From positions 1-40,997 of the forward strand of contig JAYWEL010000138.1 in the NCBI GenBank assembly GCA_043779285.1: 40,997 bases of DNA. The letters run 5' to 3'. Origin of the DNA: Chitinophagaceae bacterium (GTDB lineage: Bacteria; Bacteroidota; Bacteroidia; Chitinophagales; Chitinophagaceae). Position 1 is the stretch's first letter. Each line of letters begins with the position of its first letter. The notes below the pieces were generated by a model that was not told the origin of the DNA, searched no databases, and was given only the letters and a program-made list of their open reading frames with translations. Of this stretch, positions 10,101 to 18,960 are shown one piece after another. The position numbers were made by a program, and so were the translations under genes.

Positions 10101-10610
10101 AATTCTGCGGATATCCTTTTTTTCATCAAGGGGTAATTCTTCACTCCAAAAAGTACCATCCATAGCCCCTCCATTGGAGCGTTTGGGGAGGCTGCTTTTA
10201 TCTATCACATCCTGAATCATTCCTTCCAGGCCCATGTGACGGCCATCATCCGGACTATAAATCCGGGTAATGCCGTATGCATGAAGCTCTTCAATTTCCT
10301 GCGGATGAATTGTACCGCCGCCACCGCCAAATATTTTTATATGCCCGCAGCCATTTTCATCCAACAAGTCTTTCATGTACTTAAAAAATTCTACATGCCC
10401 GCCTTGATAAGATGTGATGGCAATACCATGTGCATCTTCTTCTATGGCACACTCAACAATTTCAGCCACAGAGCGGTTATGCCCCAGATGAATGATTTCG
10501 GCTCCTTTGCTCTGCATAATCCTTCGCATGATATTTATAGCTACATCGTGTCCATCAAATAAACTGGCTGCTGTAACTATCCTTACTTTATCTGAATTAG
10601 TATTACTCAT
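7185..10610 (-). CDS. icmF: Fused isobutyryl-CoA mutase IcmF (B12-binding domain + MeaI/MeaB-like G-protein domain + acyl-CoA mutase substrate domain)
   Basis: 1141 aa. The N-terminal B12-binding block is [19 protein letters not shown]. The middle P-loop is [12 protein letters not shown] with NKFD. The C-terminal TIM-barrel mutase domain contains [10 protein letters not shown] and [11 protein letters not shown]. This domain order is diagnostic of IcmF. Confidence 0.9.
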   Translation of the reverse strand: MSNTNSDKVRIVTAASLFDGHDVAINIMRRIMQSKGAEIIHLGHNRSVAEIVECAIEEDAHGIAITSYQGGHVEFFKYMKDLLDENGCGHIKIFGGGGGTIHPQEIEELHAYGITRIYSPDDGRHMGLEGMIQDVIDKSSLPKRSNGGAMDGTFWSEELPLDEKKDIRRIARAITLAENGEDNSKLISEILRLSENRQKGHLIPVLGITGTGGAGKSSVTDEIVRRFLNAFTEKTIAVISVDPSKKKTGGALLGDRIRMNSIHNPRAYMRSLATRESDKALSAYVKDAIDICKAASFDFIILESAGVGQSDASILDFCDVSLYVMTPEYGAASQLEKINMLDYADVIAINKFDKAGALDALADVRKQYKRNHVLFQAKDEELPVVGTIAAQFNDGGVNKLFNMLMESVEKKTTVIFGERSNESLDSIRGFGSEAIIPSSRVRYLSEIAETIKEYDQLVKDQSAIATKLYQLQGSLEIIRNVSNGNGSPDIEKGLLDLYTFYEEQLTPISRKLITNWPSKIKAYQEDFYEYKVRDKVLKQPMISTSLSGTRIAKVVLPKYKDWGDILKWQAQENAPGHFPFTAGVFPLKREGEDPTRMFAGEGGPERTNKRFHYVSFGQPAKRLSTAFDSVTLYGEDPAKRPDIYGKVGNSGVSIATVDDAKKLYSGFDLSSPMTSVSMTINGPAPMILAFFMNAAIDQQCEKWLTENNQWPDAEKKIREIFNKLPQPKYFNTSDGKDLLPEGNDGLGLKLLGVSGDKVLPKEVYEEIKTKTMQQVRGTVQADILKEDQAQNTCIFSTEFALKLMGDVQEYFINKSIRNFYSVSISGYHIAEAGANPITQLAFTLSNGFTFVEYYLSRGMNIDDFAPNLSFFFSNGMDVEYSVIGRVARRIWAKSMKYKYKANKRSQMLKYHIQTSGRSLHAQEIDFNDIRTSLQALYAIYDNCNSLHTNAYDEAITTPTEESVRRAMAIQLIINRELGTAKNENPNQGSFLIEELTDLVEEAVMAEFNRITERGGVLGAMERMYQRNKIQEESLYYEHQKHSGELPIVGVNTFLNKEGSPTILPGEVIRSTTEEKEQQIYNLHQFRKIHEDKSADALKNLQKVAISKGNLFEELMETVKYCSLGQITNALYEVGGQYRRNM

Positions 10611-10712
10611 AATTAAACATCAAGAGGCACAAATTTAACTTAAAATACGAATGATCGGTAGCTAAACGGAAGATTGAATGAACTCAAGTACTCTTTATCT
10701 TATTTTTGCCGG

Positions 10713-12173
10713 ATGCAGAAAATCATTGAATCGATAAACAGTTTATATAAGGATTGGTCTGGGAAAACGCCTGACCATATAGATGTATTACCACGATCTG
10801 GTAGCGAACGTATTTATTTTCGAGTCCATAAACAGGGAAAGTCGATCATTGCTACCTATGGTGCAAATTTAAAAGAGAACGAAACATTTATCTATTTCTC
10901 TACTCATTTTACCCAAAAAAAAATACCGGTTGCCAATATTCTGGCCATAAATGAAGACAGAACATTATACCTGCAGGAAGACTTTTCGAATACATGCCTT
11001 TTAGATAAATTGGAGAAAAACGGTTATACCGATACCGTTTATAATTTGTATAAAAAAAGCTTGAGAAAATTGGCTGAATTGCAGGTGAATGGACATGAAG
11101 GATTGGATTATGACCAATGCCTGACCAATAAAGAATTTGGCAAGCAGGCCATCATGGCCGATTTGTTGTACTTCAAATATTATTTTTTAGACGCATTGCG
11201 CAAACCTTACGACAAACAAAAGCTGATTGATGATTTTGAAGCATTGAGTTCTTACCTGACTTTTACGGAGTATAAGTTTTTCATGTTCCGTGATTTTCAA
11301 AGCCGGAATATCATGATAAAAAATAAAGATGAAATTCATTTCATCGATTATCAGGGTGGAATGAAAGGAGCACCACAATATGATGTGGCCAGTTTACTTT
11401 GGCAGGCAAAAGCAAAATTGCCAATTGATTGGAAAAACAACTTGCTGGAAGATTACATCGATTCTTTTGAAGAAGTGATTAAACAATCTATTGACCGGAA
11501 TATTTTTCAAAATCAATACTCCGGATATGTGTTGATTCGATTATTGCAGGTATTAGGAGCCTACGGATTCAGAGGGTTATTTGAACGAAAGGCTCATTTT
11601 TTGACAAGCATCCCTTTTGCATTAGAGAATTTAAAAACCTTTATTGAAAACAATAGTTTAGGCATTGCATTGCCCGAATTCAAAAAAATTCTGGACCTCT
11701 GCATTGCTGATGAAACCATACAACAATTTACACCAGTACAAGCGAATGATGAAACCGCATTGATTGTAAAAATCTGTAGCTTCTCCTATAAAAAGAATTT
11801 ACCTGTTGATGAAACTGGCAATGGAGGTGGTTTTCTTTTTGATTGCCGTGGAATTTTAAATCCAGGAAGATTGGAAAGCATGAAAACCAAACATGGTCGT
11901 GACAAGGAAGTCATCAACTACCTGGAACAACAAACCAGAATGCCCGATTTTTTAAATAGTGTGTTTGATATTATGGACATTACCGTTGAAGATTATATCA
12001 ACCGTGGATTTGACAGTTTATCAGTTGGTTTTGGTTGTACCGGAGGCCAGCACCGAAGTGTGTATGCAGCTGATGCAATGGCCAGACACTTAAAAAACAA
12101 ATTCAACGTAAAAATTGAATTAAAACACCTTGTACAAGATGAAAAAAACTGGGAAAATCCTTTAACGAATTAA
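10713..12173 (+). CDS. AmgK-like anomeric amino-sugar kinase (APH fold) fused to a RapZ/YvcJ C-terminal domain
   Basis: Kinase part: FRDFQSRNIM and IDYQGGMKGAPQYDVASLL. C-terminal ~135 aa (about 11760-12170): FDCRGILNPGR and GFGCTGGQHRSVY align with E. coli RapZ FDVRFLPNPHW and AIGCTGGKHRSVY. There is no Walker A motif. The ATG at 10713 is preferred over the track's TTG at 10674. Confidence 0.75.
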   Translation: MQKIIESINSLYKDWSGKTPDHIDVLPRSGSERIYFRVHKQGKSIIATYGANLKENETFIYFSTHFTQKKIPVANILAINEDRTLYLQEDFSNTCLLDKLEKNGYTDTVYNLYKKSLRKLAELQVNGHEGLDYDQCLTNKEFGKQAIMADLLYFKYYFLDALRKPYDKQKLIDDFEALSSYLTFTEYKFFMFRDFQSRNIMIKNKDEIHFIDYQGGMKGAPQYDVASLLWQAKAKLPIDWKNNLLEDYIDSFEEVIKQSIDRNIFQNQYSGYVLIRLLQVLGAYGFRGLFERKAHFLTSIPFALENLKTFIENNSLGIALPEFKKILDLCIADETIQQFTPVQANDETALIVKICSFSYKKNLPVDETGNGGGFLFDCRGILNPGRLESMKTKHGRDKEVINYLEQQTRMPDFLNSVFDIMDITVEDYINRGFDSLSVGFGCTGGQHRSVYAADAMARHLKNKFNVKIELKHLVQDEKNWENPLTN

Positions 12174-12174
12174 T

Positions 12175-12933
12175 ATGGATGCAAACAAAAAAGCAAGAGC
12201 CATTATTTATGCTGCAGGTCTGGGTACCCGTTTCAAACCATGGACAGACAAGCATCCTAAGGCATTGGCTATAATCAATGGCAAGTCCTTATTGCAACGA
12301 AATATAGAATACCTGCAACAATATGGTTTCAATGATGTAATCGTTAATGTACACCATTTTGCAGATCAGCTAAAAGAATCCATACAAACAAATAACGGCT
12401 GGGGAAGTAATATTATCATCAGCGACGAATCGGATGAAGTACTTGAAACCGGTGGTGGATTATTAAAAGCAAAAGATCTTTTTGATCCCAATGAACTATT
12501 TGTCAGCATTAATGTAGATGTATTAACAGACCTTGATCTGAATGCTTTGATTGAAACGCATAAAAAAAATAATGCACTAATCACTATTGCCGTTAGTGAC
12601 CGCACAACATCCCGGTATTTTTTATTTGATAACGAAAGCCGGCTATGTGGTTGGAGAAATACTAAAACCGGTGAAGAAATAATCTCTTCCCTTAATAAGG
12701 ATGAAGAAGATAAGTGTGTAGAAAACCTTTTGCAGAAAGCATATAGCTGTGTTGTCGTTTATAGCCCTGAAATATTTTCGAAAATTCCATTTACAGGTAA
12801 GTTTTCGTTAACTGCCCTGTATTTACATTTAGCAAAAACCAATTTGATTTTCGGACATCAGCATACTATAGAGAAATGGGTAGATGTCGGAAAACCGGAG
12901 TCTGTGGCTATAGCAGAAAAACTATTCACATAA
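12175..12933 (+). CDS. murU: MurU-like sugar-1-phosphate nucleotidyltransferase (candidate MurNAc-1-P uridylyltransferase)
   Basis: NTP-transferase N-terminus IIYAAGLGTRFKPWTDKHPKALA. The ATG lies 1 nt after the stop of the upstream kinase (TAA T ATG), as in known amgK-murU pairs. Confidence 0.7.
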   Translation: MDANKKARAIIYAAGLGTRFKPWTDKHPKALAIINGKSLLQRNIEYLQQYGFNDVIVNVHHFADQLKESIQTNNGWGSNIIISDESDEVLETGGGLLKAKDLFDPNELFVSINVDVLTDLDLNALIETHKKNNALITIAVSDRTTSRYFLFDNESRLCGWRNTKTGEEIISSLNKDEEDKCVENLLQKAYSCVVVYSPEIFSKIPFTGKFSLTALYLHLAKTNLIFGHQHTIEKWVDVGKPESVAIAEKLFT

Positions 12934-13019
12934 GTTTTGCAATAATCTGCTATTAAATTAAAGATGATTTTATTCAATTCAGTTAACTTCACTTCCTTTG
13001 AAATGAAAAACACATTATC

Positions 13020-14957
13020 ATGAAATTTATATTCAGCCTTTGCACTTTACTGTTTACAATAACTATAACGGCTCAATCAAATTATAATCATCGCGAAGCG
13101 TTTAATCCAATATTTTATCCTCAAAGCGGAAATGATTATCGAAGTGCCAGCGGAGAACCAGGACCTAAATATTGGCAAAATAAAGCCGATTATAAAATTA
13201 ATGCAACCCTTGACCCCTTGAACCATTCGGTTATCGGAGAAGTTGAAATTACGTACAGTAATAACAGTCCTGACAACCTGAAATTTTTATGGCTCCAATT
13301 GGATCAAAATATTTATAAAAAAGATTCGAGAGGCAGTGCAACCACTACACAAACTGGTGGCAGATGGGCAAATGGAGGATTTACTGAAGGACATGTTTTG
13401 AAATCAATTACTATAGAATCGGGCGGAAAAACATATACTCCAAAATCAATTGTGTCGGATACCCGCTTACAATTATGGTTAAACGAAAACCTGAAAGCAT
13501 CTGGAAATAAAATTAAAATAAACATTAAGTATGAATTTTCAGTACCTGAATATGGTACCGATCGGATGGGAAGGCTTAAAACGGATAACGGTTGGGTTTA
13601 TGAAATAGCCCAATGGTATCCACGCATATGTGTATATGATGATATACAGGGTTGGAACAGCCTCCCTTATGTTGGTGCTGGTGAGTTTTATCTGGAATAT
13701 GGCGATGTTGAATTTAATATAACAGCTCCATCAAACCTGATTATTGTTGGCTCTGGCGAATTGACAAATCCGCAGGAATGTATGACTGCTACCCAGTTTA
13801 AAAGATGGGAGGAAGCAAAAAAAAGTGATCAAACTGTAATCATACGATCCGAATCTGAAGTGAATGATAAATCATCAAGACCAACACAGGCAAATTGTAC
13901 CTGGAAATTTAAAATTCAGAACACCCGTGATGTAGCCTGGGCTGCCTCAAAAGCATTTGTGTGGGATGCTGCAAGAATTAATTTACCCAGTGGTAAAAAA
14001 TCCATGGCCGTTAGTGTCTATCCAGTTGAAAGTATAAAAGAAGATGGCTGGCAACGATCAACGGAGATGACCAAAGCAAGTATAGAGCACTATTCGAAAA
14101 AGTGGTTTGAATATCCATACCCTGCCGCAACAAATGTTGCCGGTATCGTTGGTGGAATGGAATACCCTGGTATCGTTTTTTGTAGTTTCAATTCATCGGG
14201 TGCCGATTTATGGGGTGTTACCGACCATGAATTTGGTCATACCTGGTTTCCGATGATTGTAGGCTCTAACGAACGGAAATATGCTTGGATGGATGAAGGG
14301 TTCAATACTTTTATTAATGATTTTTCAACTAAAGAATTCAATAAAGGTGAATTTGCAAACGCCAGTTTTTTTCCGGACAATATGACCAATTTTGTATTTA
14401 ACGATAAAATGGATGGGCTTTTAAATACACCAGAAGTTATTCAACAACCAAACTTAGGTATTGTAGCCTATTTAAAACCATCTATGATGCTACAATCACT
14501 TAGAAATCTTGTAGTAGGCCCTGAACTTTTTGATGCTGCTTTTCGGGAGTATATACAACGATGGGCTTTCAAACACCCAACCCCTTGGGATTTCTTTCAT
14601 ACCATGGAGAATGTAACTGGTGAAGATCTTTCCTGGTTCTGGAGAGGATGGGTAATGAATACCTGGAAACTGGATCAAACAGTTAAGTCTGTCACTTATG
14701 TAAAAAGTATTCCAGCAAATGGAGCAATTATTACTATAACTAACCAGGAAAAAATGGTAATGCCAGTTACTGTTTTAATAAAAGAAGAAAATGGAAAAGA
14801 ACAGCTGATCAAATTGCCGGTTGAAGTTTGGCAACGTGGAGCGGAATGGACATTTAATGTGCCTACAACAAGTTTAATTAAAGAAGTAACGCTTGATCCA
14901 GACAATAAACTCCCCGATACAAATCGAAAAAATAATTCTTGGATGAAGGGATTTTAA
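13020..14957 (+). CDS. Secreted M1-family zinc metallopeptidase (aminopeptidase N-like)
   Basis: Signal peptide [19 protein letters not shown]. Contains GGMEYPG, zinc motif HEFGHTWF and downstream WMDEGFNTF. Confidence 0.9.
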   Translation: MKFIFSLCTLLFTITITAQSNYNHREAFNPIFYPQSGNDYRSASGEPGPKYWQNKADYKINATLDPLNHSVIGEVEITYSNNSPDNLKFLWLQLDQNIYKKDSRGSATTTQTGGRWANGGFTEGHVLKSITIESGGKTYTPKSIVSDTRLQLWLNENLKASGNKIKINIKYEFSVPEYGTDRMGRLKTDNGWVYEIAQWYPRICVYDDIQGWNSLPYVGAGEFYLEYGDVEFNITAPSNLIIVGSGELTNPQECMTATQFKRWEEAKKSDQTVIIRSESEVNDKSSRPTQANCTWKFKIQNTRDVAWAASKAFVWDAARINLPSGKKSMAVSVYPVESIKEDGWQRSTEMTKASIEHYSKKWFEYPYPAATNVAGIVGGMEYPGIVFCSFNSSGADLWGVTDHEFGHTWFPMIVGSNERKYAWMDEGFNTFINDFSTKEFNKGEFANASFFPDNMTNFVFNDKMDGLLNTPEVIQQPNLGIVAYLKPSMMLQSLRNLVVGPELFDAAFREYIQRWAFKHPTPWDFFHTMENVTGEDLSWFWRGWVMNTWKLDQTVKSVTYVKSIPANGAIITITNQEKMVMPVTVLIKEENGKEQLIKLPVEVWQRGAEWTFNVPTTSLIKEVTLDPDNKLPDTNRKNNSWMKGF

Positions 14958-14969
14958 ATAAAAATAATT

Positions 14970-15131
14970 AACCACGGCGGGCACGGCGATACACGGCGTA
15001 AAATCTTTTTCTTAACTGTGCTTCTCTGTGTTCGCTGTGGTTAAATATTTTTTCAAACCACGGCGGGCACGGCGTAAAATCTTTCTCATAACTATGCTTC
15101 TCTGTGTTCGCTGTGGTTAAATACTTTTTCA
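14970..15131 (+). repeat. Tandem duplication (86 bp + 76 bp) of a GC-rich long-hairpin element between convergent genes
   Basis: Unit 1 spans 14970-15055 and unit 2 spans 15056-15131. They differ mainly by a 10-nt insertion (atacacggcg) in unit 1. Each unit pairs the left arm aaccacggcgggcacggcg with the right arm c(t)ctctgtgttcgctgtggtt and is followed by aaata(t/c)ttttt. Confidence 0.85.
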
Positions 15132-15220
15132 AACCCAAATTAACGATTCAGCTATTTTTCAAATCTTACTATAAAACATTTCTTCCAAGGAATAATTCAG
15201 CACATACAACTACTCAACTA

Positions 15221-15601
15221 TCATTTGCAGGCTATCATACTAATTTCGACATGGACAAATTTTGGCAATGCCGATACCTGCACGGTTTCTCTTGCCGGAA
15301 AATCACCCTCGAAGTATTTACCATACACTTCATTAACCTCCGAAAACTGGTTCATATCGGTAATAAATATGCTGGTTTTAATGACATTATTAAAACTCAT
15401 TCCTGCTTCTCTTAAAATGGCTTTCAGATTATGCATTACCTGGTGGGTTTCATCCTGTATATCTCTGTTTTTTAATTCACCGGTTTCGGGATTAATACAG
15501 ATCTGCCCTGAAATATATAAGGTATCCCCGGCAAGAATTGCCTGATTGTATGGCCCGATCGGTGCCGGGGCATTTTTTGTTTTAATGATCATTTTTTCCA
15601 T
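15221..15601 (-). CDS. ridA: RidA/YjgF-family reactive enamine/imine deaminase
   Basis: 126 aa. Contains APAPIGPYNQA, YISGQ, IFITDMNQF and PARETVQVSALP. Confidence 0.9.
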   Translation of the reverse strand: MEKMIIKTKNAPAPIGPYNQAILAGDTLYISGQICINPETGELKNRDIQDETHQVMHNLKAILREAGMSFNNVIKTSIFITDMNQFSEVNEVYGKYFEGDFPARETVQVSALPKFVHVEISMIACK

Positions 15602-15674
15602 GGTTAAGATTTAATCGTTTTAATTTAAGTAGAACGAATTTAGGTTTATGCATTTTCTTTGCAAAAAATAGAAT

Positions 15675-16295
15675 ATGAACATTGTTGTATCTGCTTCTGA
15701 ATCCATGAAAGAAGAATTATTATCTGGTGGGCTTAAACAAGATGTACTGATTGAATGGGTAAGCAGTTCGGAATTATTTAACAATTATACTGAAGCGGAT
15801 GCTTATATAGATATTTTGTTTGATGGCAATGTTGAAACATTAATGAATTTACTGCCGAAACCGGTTTTTGTAAACAGTGTATCAAAAACTCTGGAAGAAT
15901 TACCTGAAAGAGTTATCCGGTTCAATGGATGGCCGGGTTTTTTAAGGCGTAACGTTCTTGAAGCTTCTATTGCTAATAAAGACGAAAAGAAAGATGCGGA
16001 AGACATCATAGCTTGTTTCAATAAAAAAATTATTTGGGCACCCAATACGGCAGGATTTATTTCTGCCCGAGTGATTGCCTGTATTATTAATGAAGCATAT
16101 TTAACATTAGATGAAGGAGTCAGTACTAAAGCAGATATTGATACCGCCATGAAATTGGGTACAAATTATCCATATGGCCCTTTTGAATGGAGTACTAATA
16201 TTGGAATTGCTAATATTGTTGGCTTGCTTAAGGCTTTTAATAAAAAAAATAAAGGATACCTTATTGCTGATTCTTTACTAAAAGAAACAATTTAA
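15675..16295 (+). CDS. 3-hydroxyacyl-CoA dehydrogenase-like protein, apparently degenerate (no Gly-rich NAD loop, no catalytic His)
   Basis: The C-terminal domain is clearly 3HCDH_C-like (GFISARVIACIINEAYLTLDEGVSTKADIDTAMKLGTNYPYGPFEW). The N-terminus starts MNIVVSASES where VIGAGxMG is expected. RFNGWPG occupies the position of the HFFNP catalytic-His block. Confidence 0.7.
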   Translation: MNIVVSASESMKEELLSGGLKQDVLIEWVSSSELFNNYTEADAYIDILFDGNVETLMNLLPKPVFVNSVSKTLEELPERVIRFNGWPGFLRRNVLEASIANKDEKKDAEDIIACFNKKIIWAPNTAGFISARVIACIINEAYLTLDEGVSTKADIDTAMKLGTNYPYGPFEWSTNIGIANIVGLLKAFNKKNKGYLIADSLLKETI

Positions 16296-16296
16296 A

Positions 16297-16977
16297 ATGG
16301 CTTTAATTCTCCATATAGACACTTCTATTGACATTGCCTCTATTTGCCTCTCTCAAAATGAAGTCATATTATCCTCAGCACAAAACGAAAACATGAAGGA
16401 CCATGCTGCCTGGTTGCAGGCAGCCATCGCCGATATGATAGTATCCTGTGGACTTTCTATAAATAAATTAGAAGCAGTTGCGGTAACAAATGGGCCTGGG
16501 TCTTATACAGGCTTACGAGTAGGTTTATCTACCGCCAAAGGAATTTGTTATGCATTAAAAATTCCGCTGATAACGATTGGAACATTGGAACTGATGGCTT
16601 TTAAAGCTAAAGATTATGAAACTGACTTGCTATGTCCGATGATTGATGCCAGAAGAATGGAAGTTTTTACCGCCATCTATGATAAAAATTTATATGAAAT
16701 TGAGAAACCTCATGCCCGGATACTTGATAAAAATTCCTTTGAAAGTATTCTTTCGTATAAAAAAATACTTTTTTTTGGCAATGGAAGTGAAAAATTTAAA
16801 CCCTTAATCAAATCGAAAAATTGCTTGTTTGAAAACATTAAAATAGCCGCATCAGATATGGTAATTATTGCTAATCAATACTTTACAAAGTCTGAATTTG
16901 CAAACCTTGCATATGCTCAACCTGTTTATATTAAGGATTTTTTTAACCCAAGTAGTGGTAGTACTACAAAACTATAA
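16297..16977 (+). CDS. tsaB: tRNA N6-threonylcarbamoyladenosine (t6A) biosynthesis protein TsaB
   Basis: LHIDTS...VTNGPGSYTGLRVGLSTAKG. The start lies 1 nt after the upstream stop. Confidence 0.85.
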   Translation: MALILHIDTSIDIASICLSQNEVILSSAQNENMKDHAAWLQAAIADMIVSCGLSINKLEAVAVTNGPGSYTGLRVGLSTAKGICYALKIPLITIGTLELMAFKAKDYETDLLCPMIDARRMEVFTAIYDKNLYEIEKPHARILDKNSFESILSYKKILFFGNGSEKFKPLIKSKNCLFENIKIAASDMVIIANQYFTKSEFANLAYAQPVYIKDFFNPSSGSTTKL

Positions 16978-17052
16978 CTTGTGTAACGACATCTTAATCT
17001 GCCCACTACACATATCTTCGCCTTATCTATTAACATTTTAATATATTAAGGC

Positions 17053-17421
17053 ATGAGTTATCTAAACCAATATTCCAACAATGAAACACTCATTGTGGAA
17101 TCAGTAGCAAACCCAATTATTAACGAAAAAACCATACCCATGGATTTAGTTGGCTTGAAAAAAGCAGCTTTAATTTTGCGAGCATTTAACCACGCACTGC
17201 GTCAGCAAATTTTAAAGTTGATTAACAACAATGAGCGAATGACGGTAACTGAAATATATATTCAGCTCCGATTAGAGCAATCAGTCGCATCACAACATCT
17301 GGCTATCCTTAGAAAAGCAGGGTACGTAAACACTGACCGTGATGGAAAGTTTATTTACTATTCTGTAAACATTGCAAGATTAGAAGAAGTAAATTCTTTT
17401 ATTAAAGACCTTGTAAATTAA
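17053..17421 (+). CDS. ArsR/SmtB-family winged-helix transcriptional regulator (contains no cysteine)
   Basis: ArsR-type HTH: LRAFNHALRQQILKLI..MTVTEIYIQLRLEQSVASQHLAILRKAGYV..RDGKFIYYS. Confidence 0.85.
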   Translation: MSYLNQYSNNETLIVESVANPIINEKTIPMDLVGLKKAALILRAFNHALRQQILKLINNNERMTVTEIYIQLRLEQSVASQHLAILRKAGYVNTDRDGKFIYYSVNIARLEEVNSFIKDLVN

Positions 17422-17441
17422 TTTTTCTGAAAAACCCTTTT

Positions 17442-17475
17442 AAGCGGCATTCCTTCGAATGCCGCTTTTTTTATT
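17442..17475 (+). terminator. Rho-independent terminator after the ArsR-family gene
   Basis: Stem gcggcattc (17444-17452) / gaatgccgc (17457-17465), loop cttc, then a T7 run. Confidence 0.75.
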
Positions 17476-17508
17476 TTTAAAGTACCTTTGCAATTCTAAA
17501 TCATATAT

Positions 17509-18924
17509 ATGTTTATAAAGCAATTATATACCAGCTGTCTCAGTGAAGCAGCTTATTATGTAGAAAGTAATGGGGAAGCTATAATCATCGATCCCTTGAG
17601 AGATATTGAGGAATATATCGAATTGGCAGAGCAGCGTAATACCCGTATCAAATACATTTTTGAAACACATTTTCACGCCGATTTTGTGAGTGGCCACCTC
17701 GATCTTGCTAAAGCAACCGGAGCTCCAATTATTTATGGACCGGAAACGGAAACTAAATTACCGGTGCAGATTGCAAAAAATTATGACGTATACACGATTG
17801 GCGATATATCTATCACCGTCTTGCATACACCGGGGCATACATTGGAATCGACTTGCTATTTATTAAAAGATAAAACGGGTAGAAATCATTGCATATTTAC
17901 AGGCGATACCTTATTTGTAGGGGATGTAGGACGACCAGATTTGGCGCAGAAAGGAAACGATTTAACCATGAATGAACTGGCGGGTATGCTCTATGAAAGT
18001 CTGCAAAAAAATATTATTCCTTTAGCTGATGATGTAATTGTTTATCCGGCACATGGACCCGGAAGTTCCTGTGGTAAAAATCTTGGACCTGAAACTTTTA
18101 GTACGATCGGTGAAGAAAAAAAATCCAATTATGCGCTAAAAGCAAAATCCAAAGAGGCATTTATAAAAGCCGTAACCGATGGAATGACAGAACCTCCTAT
18201 CTATTTCCCGATTAATGTAAAAATTAATAAAGAAGGATATGACAGTATTGATTCTGTTTTAGAAAAAGGAATGAAGGCTTTATCAATTGACGAGTTTAAA
18301 AACCTTCGGGATAATGAAAATGCAATTATTTTGGATACCAGAAACTCAACTGAGTTTACATCAGGTTTTGTTCCAGAATCCATAAGTATCGGTTTGGATG
18401 GCCGGTTTGCAGAATGGGCAGGCAGTCTTTTACCGTTTAATCAAACTATCATTTTAGTAACAGAACCAGGTAAAGAAAAAGAATCCATTATTCGATTAGC
18501 CAGGGTAGGATTTGATAAAATGAACGGTTATTTAGCAGGTGGATTTGAAGCCTGGGAAACCAACGGTGAAACCGTGGACTTGATCATAGATGTGGAAGTG
18601 GATGAATTAGCTATGGACATACCTTTTGATAACAAGTTGGTGATTCTGGATGTTAGAAGAGCTTTAGAATTTGCAGAAGGCCATATTAAAGAAGCCGTTA
18701 ATCTTCCGCTGAATGATTTAACCGACCCTGCGAATATGACCAATATTGAAGATGAACAAAACCTATATATCCAATGTGGAGGCGGGTATCGTAGTGTAAT
18801 TGCCTCTTCTATACTAAAAAGAAACGGCTACCATAATTTAAGAAATGTACTGGGAGGCTGGGCAAAAATTAAAGAGTTGAAAGGTAAATTCAAGATTGAA
18901 AAAGAAAAAGCTGTTCTCAATTAA
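17509..18924 (+). CDS. MBL-fold persulfide dioxygenase-like domain fused to two rhodanese domains (PDO-rhodanese fusion, CstB/Blh-like)
   Basis: Metallo-beta-lactamase motif ETHFHADFVSG, plus HTPGHT and YPAHG. The first rhodanese domain has no active-site Cys. The second has the CGGGYRS catalytic loop. Confidence 0.85.
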   Translation: MFIKQLYTSCLSEAAYYVESNGEAIIIDPLRDIEEYIELAEQRNTRIKYIFETHFHADFVSGHLDLAKATGAPIIYGPETETKLPVQIAKNYDVYTIGDISITVLHTPGHTLESTCYLLKDKTGRNHCIFTGDTLFVGDVGRPDLAQKGNDLTMNELAGMLYESLQKNIIPLADDVIVYPAHGPGSSCGKNLGPETFSTIGEEKKSNYALKAKSKEAFIKAVTDGMTEPPIYFPINVKINKEGYDSIDSVLEKGMKALSIDEFKNLRDNENAIILDTRNSTEFTSGFVPESISIGLDGRFAEWAGSLLPFNQTIILVTEPGKEKESIIRLARVGFDKMNGYLAGGFEAWETNGETVDLIIDVEVDELAMDIPFDNKLVILDVRRALEFAEGHIKEAVNLPLNDLTDPANMTNIEDEQNLYIQCGGGYRSVIASSILKRNGYHNLRNVLGGWAKIKELKGKFKIEKEKAVLN

Positions 18925-18929
18925 AAAAC

Positions 18930-18958
18930 AAAACCCCAATCAGGCTGATTGGGGTTTT
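18930..18958. terminator. Bidirectional terminator hairpin between convergent genes
   Basis: 12-bp stem aaaaccccaatc (18930-18941) / gattggggtttt (18947-18958), loop aggct, with A/T runs on both sides. Confidence 0.75.
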
Positions 18959-18960
18959 AG

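Noticed and set aside
7845-10562. A series of + strand ORFs of 76-112 aa (for example 8164-8487, 9877-10215 and 10236-10562) lying inside icmF.
   Set aside because: All are antisense to a continuous 1141-aa ORF with unmistakable IcmF motifs. Their translations are low-complexity and Ser/Cys/Phe-rich with no recognisable motifs, which is typical of shadow ORFs in an AT-rich genome.
10674-10712. 5' extensions in the ORF track that start at TTG. These occur at 10674 (kinase), 7107 (HNH), 33664 (acs), 40478 (response regulator), 25180 (beta-lactamase) and 22287 (YhhN).
   Set aside because: In each case an in-frame ATG a few codons downstream gives an N-terminus that matches the family (signal peptide, lipobox or conserved start) and removes overlaps with neighbours. 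I therefore used the shorter coordinates.
15104-15415. A 103-aa + strand ORF starting inside the tandem repeat and running antisense into ridA.
   Set aside because: It begins within the second repeat unit, overlaps the well-supported ridA gene on the other strand, and has no recognisable motifs.
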